From: Candidatus Microgenomates bacterium
GTDB taxonomy: Bacteria > Patescibacteriota > Microgenomatia > UBA8517
DNA length: 64,000 nucleotides
NCBI GenBank assembly: GCA_049519355.1
Contig: JBEKQV010000003.1
Span: forward strand, 83,646 to 147,645
Reading direction: 5' to 3'
Below the pieces are notes generated by a model. It saw nothing but the letters and a program-made list of their open reading frames with translations, was not told where the DNA came from and made no database searches. The translations under genes and the position numbers were made by a program. Shown one piece after another: positions 57,521 to 64,000 of this stretch (position 1 is the first letter of the stretch; the number at the start of each line of letters is the position of its first letter).

Positions 57521-58057
57521 ATGAAAAAGGCAGAAAAAGTCACATTTGTAGATAACTTAAAAGAAGAGCTCAAAGGAGCCAAATCCGTAGTTTTGGTCAA
57601 CTATGCCGGTTTGGGCGTTAAAGCCCAACAAGAGCTTAAAAAGAGACTTTCCGAAAGTGGAGCCAAGATGGTTGTCGTTAAAAACACTCTTTTCAAGCGA
57701 GCAGGTGAAGCCGCAGGTATTGATAAGGAACTCCTAAGCGATTCAATTCTTTCAGGCCAAACCGCGTTGGTAATTTCCAGCGAAGATCCCATTACCCCCA
57801 TCCAAACTCTCGGCAAATTTGCCAAGGAATTTACCAGCGAGGCAGGACTCCCGATTCCTAAATTTAAAGTCGGTGTTGTTGAAGGCTCATTCCAGGACGA
57901 AGGCTCTTTGGTTAAACTCGCCTCTCTTCCGGGACGCGACGCCCTTCTCGGGCAGCTACTTGGAACACTTATGGGTGCCGAATATGGTTTGGTCGGAACA
58001 TTGAATGCAAATTTGCAGAAACTGGTTTATGTCTTAGACACAGCCAGTAAAAAATAA
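57521..58057 (+). CDS. rplJ: 50S ribosomal protein L10
   Basis: VNYAGL, VVKNTL, GQTAL, LASLPGR. Confidence 0.96.
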   Translation: MKKAEKVTFVDNLKEELKGAKSVVLVNYAGLGVKAQQELKKRLSESGAKMVVVKNTLFKRAGEAAGIDKELLSDSILSGQTALVISSEDPITPIQTLGKFAKEFTSEAGLPIPKFKVGVVEGSFQDEGSLVKLASLPGRDALLGQLLGTLMGAEYGLVGTLNANLQKLVYVLDTASKK

Positions 58058-58076
58058 GATAAGGAGGTGAAATAAG

Positions 58077-58484
58077 ATGGCAGAAGAATCAAAGAAAGTA
58101 TCAGAAAAAGTAGAAAATATCGTTTCCGATGTTGCAAAACTTTCCGTAATGGAGTTGTCCGAATTGGTCGGAGCCTTACAGGAAAAGCTAGGAGTTTCCG
58201 CAGCTATGCCGGTTGCCGCAGCAGCGGCCCCAGCTACGGCAGGAGAAGCCCCGGCGGCTGATGCAGGCAACGCAACCCAAACTGTTGTTATGACAGGTTC
58301 GGGTGCCAATAAAATTGCTGTTATTAAGGCTTTGAGGGAAATTAATCCCAATTTAACCTTAATGGATGCAAAAGGCATGACCGAAACACTCCCCGCAGAA
58401 GTTTTGAAAGACGCTAAGGCGGAAGACGCCAAAAGCGCTTCAGAAAAACTGAAGGCAGCCGGAGCAACTGTTGAGCTAAAATAA
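58077..58484 (+). CDS. rplL: 50S ribosomal protein L7/L12
   Basis: LSVMELSEL, Ala-rich hinge, KIAVIKALRE, AGATVELK; strong AAGGAGGTG SD. Confidence 0.97.
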   Translation: MAEESKKVSEKVENIVSDVAKLSVMELSELVGALQEKLGVSAAMPVAAAAAPATAGEAPAADAGNATQTVVMTGSGANKIAVIKALREINPNLTLMDAKGMTETLPAEVLKDAKAEDAKSASEKLKAAGATVELK

Positions 58485-58510
58485 CCTTAAAATTATTTTA
58501 GTTTTACAGC

Positions 58511-58541
58511 AAAATTTCCCGCTTAATACGCGGGATTTTTT
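58511..58541 (+). terminator. Rho-independent terminator after rplL
   Basis: tcccgc-ttaatac-gcggga followed by T6, with an A run on the 5' side. Confidence 0.8.
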
Positions 58542-58654
58542 GTGGATCAAAATCTCCTTCGCCTTTTATTGGGGATATGAAATTACGCAGATGTTGATGA
58601 TTTTCCGAACAGCTTAATTATTCAATAACTATGTTAAATACCTATATTTCGGAG

Positions 58655-60346
58655 TTAAATTATATGAAGTATTTGGCCTATGTTTTGACCCGCTGCCAGC
58701 CCGGCTTTTATTTTAGGCCATACAACTTTCGCCGTAACCATTTTTGGCTCCTCTACTTTTGTCAAGTCTAAAAGGCCAAGTTTTTCCAAATCAAAAACCG
58801 AAAACAGATCCAATCCGGCAACATAAACCAAGTTTGATATTTCTGTTCCCCGATTATCCTCAGACATAAGGAAATCCAATACAGTCTCTTGTTCGATATA
58901 ATCAATTGCATCCGAAGTCGGTGCATAACCGCTCGCATCGGTTAGCGGAGTGTTTCTCCTAAATATCCGCATCGCCCTTCTAAAGGAATTATCTACGGCT
59001 TCCTGAAATTTGTCTTTGTCTTCAAATAGACTTTTTAGCGGCACTCCAAAATTTCTTTCTGAATAAAGGTCCGCAATGGCCAGAAAAACATCCTTAAAAC
59101 TTCCGCCCGCCATTTTACTTTCCAACCCGGTAAAAAAGTAAGGTTCCGCTCTTCCTTTCATCCCCGCAACCATTTCTTGTGTTTTACCTTCGATATACAT
59201 TGCGGCTCCTTCCGAAAGAATGCCTGTTCTGCCCATCGATTTTTGTTCAAACAACTTTAACGAAACAGGTCCGGCCAGCTCCTTGTTTACATGCCGCAAG
59301 ACATGCCCTTCGATCTCGTGGGCTAAAACCGTCAAAGTATCAACCAGTCCCCTTTCAAAATTTTTCGGGATAGCAATTTTTCTGACCACATCAGAACCGG
59401 ATTTATACTGAACCGCCAAAGTAGACCTGCCGTCTTCGATAACCACATTCCACTTCCGGTCTCCCGAATTAAGTCCATATTCATTAAGAACCATTTCCGC
59501 CAGTACCTTCGCCTGTCCGGAGTTTACCAATACCGAGTTAAACTTCCGGTACTCCGGAGTTTCTATGGGTAATTCCGCTTTCCTTTTTGATGCATATTGA
59601 CGGAGCCGCCCGGGAATACTTTCAAACATTCCTTTGGCGTTAAATTCCGACCCAATTCCATTGAGAAAATGGTCTATTCTCTCCAGCTTCCTCGAATCCA
59701 CTCCCTCATTTTCATAAAGATTTGCAAGTGCCACATTTACTCTTTTCCTGTAAATATTTAAGATTACGCTTTGTCCCTCAAAAAAATCTCCATTATTTCC
59801 GGATTGGGAAATTTCTTTTTTTAGCTCGGCCTTAAGAATCCTGAGATTTTTAATTTCTTCGGCAAGGTCTTCGGGATCAACAACTCTTTTAATTCTTACG
59901 GGATTTTCAACTCCGCCTACATCTCCTTTTGATGCAATCAGTTCTTCCGTAAATTTATTTTTTGCCCACTCATAAGAAAAATCATGAGCTTTTTCCCTTT
60001 TATCTTTGGGAATCTTCGATAAATCCGCTTCCATAAAAATTCTCTCGATGTCCTTTGCGTCAACCTCGCCTAAACGCGGCGTCTCCTTACCGCCTAAATA
60101 GATGTCGGTAAAAAGTTTCTTCCCTTCTTCGGTTGTAAAAGCTCCTGGGTAAATTGTATGCTCCGTAATTTCAAAATGTGTGGCTCTCTCATATTTGGTA
60201 AAAAGCCCTTCCTCGAAAACTTTCAGCCGGACTTTTTCATCCAATGACAACTCCAGGGGCTTAACGGCTAATAACGATTCCATATTTCCAACAGCTTCTG
60301 AAGCTCTCAGAGGGTACGAATAATCGGATTCTGTAGTACCGCTCAT
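58655..60346 (-). CDS. DUF1704/MATCAP-like metallo-carboxypeptidase
   Basis: Atypical HExxxH (AHEIEGH.LR..N) and downstream SEGAAMY (EGLA-like) motif; R..R..R.G-like region near the C-terminus. Confidence 0.7.
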   Translation of the reverse strand: MSGTTESDYSYPLRASEAVGNMESLLAVKPLELSLDEKVRLKVFEEGLFTKYERATHFEITEHTIYPGAFTTEEGKKLFTDIYLGGKETPRLGEVDAKDIERIFMEADLSKIPKDKREKAHDFSYEWAKNKFTEELIASKGDVGGVENPVRIKRVVDPEDLAEEIKNLRILKAELKKEISQSGNNGDFFEGQSVILNIYRKRVNVALANLYENEGVDSRKLERIDHFLNGIGSEFNAKGMFESIPGRLRQYASKRKAELPIETPEYRKFNSVLVNSGQAKVLAEMVLNEYGLNSGDRKWNVVIEDGRSTLAVQYKSGSDVVRKIAIPKNFERGLVDTLTVLAHEIEGHVLRHVNKELAGPVSLKLFEQKSMGRTGILSEGAAMYIEGKTQEMVAGMKGRAEPYFFTGLESKMAGGSFKDVFLAIADLYSERNFGVPLKSLFEDKDKFQEAVDNSFRRAMRIFRRNTPLTDASGYAPTSDAIDYIEQETVLDFLMSEDNRGTEISNLVYVAGLDLFSVFDLEKLGLLDLTKVEEPKMVTAKVVWPKIKAGLAAGQNIGQILHII

Positions 60347-60388
60347 GTTTATATATTACTCTTTTACAGGCTTTAAAAAGGCAAGTTC

Positions 60389-61330
60389 TTAAGAAAATAG
60401 CGATTTTAAGATGTCTTTTGTGGCATCATATTGGTGCCCCTTAGAGTCCATCCAATGCAAATCATAACCCGGATCTGTGTTAAGTTCGATTATGCAGTAC
60501 GGAGAATTTGCCTTAGTTATATCGGGGCAAATTATGTCTACACCCGAAAACCGGAGGTCAAAAAGTTTAACCGCACGCAAAACCATCTCCCTAAATTTGG
60601 GATTAACAATATTTGTTACATCCTCCACCACTCCGCCGGTGTGAATATTTGCGTTTCTTCTCATCAAAATCTTTTTTCCTTTGGAGGGAATATCGTTTAT
60701 TGTTAGATTCTGCTCCGCCAAAACTCTTTCGACTTCAAAACCCAACTTTAATGAATCTCCTCCCCGGCCGATATTATATTTGGCAACAAGCTCAGAAATT
60801 TTTGTTTTTCCGTCTCCGATAATAGCCGGCGGGACACGTCTGGCAACCGCCAAGATTTTTCCGTCAAGAACCAGGAAACGGAAGTCCTCACCCGGAAAAA
60901 ACTCTTCCACCAAAACCTCATCATAACTTTCCCGTATTTTTTCAAAAGCTTTTTTTAAAACCTCAAGATTTTCAATTTTGACAATTGCCATTTTTCCACC
61001 CAGTGAAGTATCCGGTTTGGTGACCAAAGGAAAATTTATTTTGCCGGTTTTTATTGCGGCCGAAACTTCTTTCCATTCTCCCGTTAAAATTCCTCTTGGC
61101 GCCGGGAAACCTGCATCTCTAAGAACCCTTTTTGTTAAATCTTTCCTTTTAACAATTTCAAAGTCGACTATCGAGTTAAAAGGAAAATGCTTGCCGATTG
61201 TCAAAACACTTTTACCACCTTTTGATATCTTGTAGACTCTACGGTCGGACGGATAAACCTCAACCAAATATCCCAATCTTTCGGCTTTTTCAGCAAAAAC
61301 CTCCATCAGCATTTTGTGTTTGGTTTTCAT
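60389..61330 (-). CDS. Stand-alone cyanophycin-synthetase/GshAB-like ATP-grasp ligase
   Basis: K.LTK..L..AG.PAPRG, FPLVTKP, G.DFRFLV, RVPPAIIGDG, ANIHTGG, GVDI, IIELN..PG. Confidence 0.85.
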   Translation of the reverse strand: MKTKHKMLMEVFAEKAERLGYLVEVYPSDRRVYKISKGGKSVLTIGKHFPFNSIVDFEIVKRKDLTKRVLRDAGFPAPRGILTGEWKEVSAAIKTGKINFPLVTKPDTSLGGKMAIVKIENLEVLKKAFEKIRESYDEVLVEEFFPGEDFRFLVLDGKILAVARRVPPAIIGDGKTKISELVAKYNIGRGGDSLKLGFEVERVLAEQNLTINDIPSKGKKILMRRNANIHTGGVVEDVTNIVNPKFREMVLRAVKLFDLRFSGVDIICPDITKANSPYCIIELNTDPGYDLHWMDSKGHQYDATKDILKSLFS

Positions 61331-62220
61331 AAATTTATGAGAAATTTTAAAATCTCCCTTTCAACATTGAAACCCGTGTCTCTTTTAATCGAGTTCCACT
61401 TGGGCGCCGAATTTACCTCCAAAACAAATAATTTTTTATTTTTGGTTTCCAAAATATCTACCCCCGCAATATCAATAGATAATGCTTTTGCGGCTTTTTC
61501 CGCCATACTAGAATACTTAGACGGAACTTTTTTGTAAGAACGATTTGGGGGAAGTTCTTTAGAAAATCTATTCACCCAACGCTGCGGACGAACAATAGCC
61601 GCTTTTGCTTTTTCGCCAATTACAAATACTCTAATTCTTATACTCGCCTTAATAAATTCCTGAACAATAAACCGCTCACATGTCAACTTGCGGGCTTTAA
61701 GTTTTTTGACAAGCTGGGCTAATTCCGATTGATTTCCCGGCGACCAGACCGCCCTTCCCCTTTTACCGTTAGTCCCTTTAACAACAAGAGGAAAACCAAT
61801 TTTATCCGGGGCTTTTGTAACCATCCGGCGCAAGGTCATAAACATCGTATGCGGAACAGGCACTCCACTTTCATAAAGAAGCATTGTTTCCAATCCCTTC
61901 GGCAGCGGAAGCTTAACAAACTCAGGTTTCTCATATAATCTATCCACTATCCTTATACCTCTCCTTTTGGCATAGTCGGCAACGATGGCAGCATTTTCCG
62001 TGCTATCACCCAGAAGTCTGAAATATATGACACCAAAGTCGGCTAGATTCCTATCGCCAATTTTTATAGACGATCCTTTGCCGGCAGACTCAATATCATA
62101 TTCGAGATCGCTAAAGGCCGCTATTTTCAGGTCGGTGCCAAGAACTTTTGCCTCCTTTGAAAACGCGGAAAGATTACTGACTTTTCCTCCCGTTAAAATT
62201 AAAATTTTCTTGTTTTTCAT
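61327..62220 (-). CDS. RimK/LysX-family ATP-grasp ligase
   Basis: GVPVPHT, FPLVVK...G.RG, IVQEFI, IRVFVIG, AGVDIL, VLEVNSAP. Confidence 0.85.
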   Translation of the reverse strand: MKNKKILILTGGKVSNLSAFSKEAKVLGTDLKIAAFSDLEYDIESAGKGSSIKIGDRNLADFGVIYFRLLGDSTENAAIVADYAKRRGIRIVDRLYEKPEFVKLPLPKGLETMLLYESGVPVPHTMFMTLRRMVTKAPDKIGFPLVVKGTNGKRGRAVWSPGNQSELAQLVKKLKARKLTCERFIVQEFIKASIRIRVFVIGEKAKAAIVRPQRWVNRFSKELPPNRSYKKVPSKYSSMAEKAAKALSIDIAGVDILETKNKKLFVLEVNSAPKWNSIKRDTGFNVEREILKFLINL

Positions 62221-63506
62221 TCTGAATTTGGGTTAACCAAAAAACCCGCCATATCGCTTCTACCCATCAAAAATCTGTTTGACATCTTTGACCTATCCGT
62301 GACCGAAACAAAGGATTTGATTCTTTTGCCGGCAACGACATATTCCACTCCTATGACAGGCCTTGCCTGCAATCCGCCGGCGGAGCGGTATTTATCTCTC
62401 CACAAGATATTTCCCTTAACCAAAAGTCCCAATTCTTCGGCAAGTTTCTTATCTATTGAACTCCTTACGGCACCTGTATCTACCCTCGCCATAACTTTAA
62501 CCCTCTTGGATTTGTCAAAACTGTAGACCTTAATTCCCTCCAAACCTTTAAGAGTTTTAATACCTTCCTCAACCGCTCTTCTATTCTCAAACCTTCCGGC
62601 AAAAAGAGCTTTGGCGATCATAACTCCATGTTCCGCATCGGTAACATTAAGATCTTCAACCCTTTCAAGCCTCTTTTTAAGACCTTCCATATTGGCAAGT
62701 TGTATCTGAAGCCCGGGTTGTGCGTTAAGTTCCAACACCATGGGACCCTTATCGGGATGAAGCACTATATCTACTCCTGCATAACCCAACCCCGAGGCAA
62801 TTTGGGCCCGTACCGCAGTCTCCAAAATGGCAGTCCAATTGGGTATTTTTATTCCTCGGAGTTTCCTCTCCGTCCCGGGTTTGAATACAATTTGCTCTCC
62901 GTGCCAAATGGCGGTTGTGGTAATTCCCGTTGCAATGTCTACTCCGACTCCAATGGCACCTTGGTGCAAGTTCGCCCTTCCTCCACTCTCTTTTGTAGGC
63001 AAACGAAGCATCGCCATAACCGGAACTTTGTTAAAAACGATTATCCGAATATCCGGAGTCCCCCGGTATGCCCATCTCCTAAAGACTTTTGCGCGGCCGA
63101 CATATTCCTGAACGAAAGCCACATCCGGAACATTTCCCATAGAGAAAGCGCCTTCCAATATATCAAGTGTATGAAGCTTAAGATCATCAATTTTTACGCG
63201 TGTTTTCTGGGTAGTCATCCAGCCGCTATCCTTGAGCTTTTTTTTGACAACAATGATTCCCTCTCCACCCATACCGCGACTTGGCTTCAGGGCAAATTCA
63301 TCGGGAAGCGTGTTCCAATCAAACTCATAGACATCATTAGGATTCATAAACCTCTTATAAATTGCAGGGTGAGGAACTTCAGCCTTTTTGAGTACTCTTG
63401 CGGTCTGAATTTTGGAATCGGCGATAGCCTTACCACGCCTGGAATTATACCTGTAGGCAAAAAGCTGGGTTCTGGAATTCAATCCCAAAATTGAGGATAT
63501 TTTCAT
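62217..63506 (-). CDS. Alpha-L-glutamate-ligase-like (ASST) ATP-grasp fused to a retropepsin-like aspartic peptidase domain
   Basis: ILGLNSR, LKPSRGMGGEGI, PDIRII, AMLRLPT.ES.GRANLHQGA, LELNAQPGL.IQLAN; C-terminal ARVDTGA.RSSID...R.KM...LMGR. Confidence 0.88.
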   Translation of the reverse strand: MKISSILGLNSRTQLFAYRYNSRRGKAIADSKIQTARVLKKAEVPHPAIYKRFMNPNDVYEFDWNTLPDEFALKPSRGMGGEGIIVVKKKLKDSGWMTTQKTRVKIDDLKLHTLDILEGAFSMGNVPDVAFVQEYVGRAKVFRRWAYRGTPDIRIIVFNKVPVMAMLRLPTKESGGRANLHQGAIGVGVDIATGITTTAIWHGEQIVFKPGTERKLRGIKIPNWTAILETAVRAQIASGLGYAGVDIVLHPDKGPMVLELNAQPGLQIQLANMEGLKKRLERVEDLNVTDAEHGVMIAKALFAGRFENRRAVEEGIKTLKGLEGIKVYSFDKSKRVKVMARVDTGAVRSSIDKKLAEELGLLVKGNILWRDKYRSAGGLQARPVIGVEYVVAGKRIKSFVSVTDRSKMSNRFLMGRSDMAGFLVNPNSE

Positions 63507-63511
63507 AATTT

Positions 63512-64000
63512 TTAACTCCGGATGAGCTTTCTAAATCTGTAGAATTCCATTACCCTGAGTCCGGTATATTTACCCAAAATCAGATCCGCCGCCGCAACCA
63601 GAATCAGAGAAACCTCCGGATTAAGAAGAACATATTGCTGCAAGGGTTGGAATGTTAGGAACAAGAATGAAATTAAAGACAAAAGAAGTGTCTCAAAAGT
63701 TAGATTTAAGGCGGTTTTAACGCTTTTACCAAGCTGTACTCTGGTAAAGTCCTCTGCCAAAAGCACCAGGAAAAGAACGGCGAAGATAGAAACGTTGGCA
63801 AGGTCCGAAAAATTAAGAACCGGCGCTAGGAATAGAACCCCCAAAACCCCGAGGACCACAGCCCAAAGAATGAACGCCATCCTCGGCAGATATTGGAGCT
63901 TGACCTTAAGCTTCCTGAGAATCATCCTCATGGCAGTTGAGACGACTACAATAACCAGGAAAAGTCCGATTCCGACGATTGGACCTGTCGCTACAAAAAC
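63512..64000 (-). CDS. 7TM protein of the transglutaminase/ATP-grasp-associated family (partial, 5' end outside window)
   Basis: Frame is open to the window edge (VFVATGPIVGIGLF...); YLPRMA, LAEDF, LGKYTGLR..E..RF. Confidence 0.8.
   Translation of the reverse strand, partial: VFVATGPIVGIGLFLVIVVVSTAMRMILRKLKVKLQYLPRMAFILWAVVLGVLGVLFLAPVLNFSDLANVSIFAVLFLVLLAEDFTRVQLGKSVKTALNLTFETLLLSLISFLFLTFQPLQQYVLLNPEVSLILVAAADLILGKYTGLRVMEFYRFRKLIRS

Noticed and set aside
57832-57860. Short TSEAGLP insertion in L10
   Set aside because: Too short to tell a repeat-derived insert from normal loop variation
62628-63494. 288-aa + strand ORF
   Set aside because: Fully antisense to the well-supported ATP-grasp gene, with no motifs; a shadow ORF
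1-64000. CRISPR array, integrase, transposase, rRNA or prophage
   Set aside because: No regularly spaced repeats, recombinase or transposase motifs, rRNA-like tracts or phage structural genes were seen by eye
1-64000. Alternative genetic code (UGA recoding)
   Set aside because: Conserved genes translate full length under code 11 and several end in TGA (queA, secE, nusG)

Overview
A compact, AT-rich chromosomal segment that looks like a Patescibacteria/CPR genome, probably Microgenomates (Woesebacteria-like). This is inferred from the short EF-Ts, ProRS without an editing domain, double-domain ThyX, N-extended uL1, many -10 boxes just upstream of start codons, and tight gene overlaps. 1-17 kb: envelope island with YibE/F, an Ig/FN3 surface protein, a cation exchanger, VKOR, an RnfD/NqrB-FNR fusion with ApbE and an FMN-binding protein, MacAB-like and ABC-2 exporters, and an OmpR-type two-component system. 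Five of its promoters share a direct-repeat operator, T(C/A)AG-N7-TCAG. 17-44 kb: housekeeping genes (cysS, recR-ybaB-dnaX, proS, rseP-frr-tsf-rpsB), a folate/thymidylate cluster, topA with a decayed dprA remnant, pbp2-mreB, def-fmt, a probable 6S RNA, tRNAs and queA. 44-58 kb: the rpmG-trnW-secE-nusG-rplKAJL cluster is broken up by accessory genes. These include a Ddl-like ligase / C39 peptidase / Ddl-like ligase module with a coupled 21-codon ORF, and an RNase HII carrying an in-frame palindromic insert. 58.6-64 kb: a peptide-tagging-type cluster (7TM protein, ATP-grasp/aspartic-peptidase fusion, RimK-like ligase, cyanophycin/GshAB-like ligase, MATCAP/DUF1704-like HExxxH peptidase). All calls come from reading motifs by eye; no database searches or folding programs were run.
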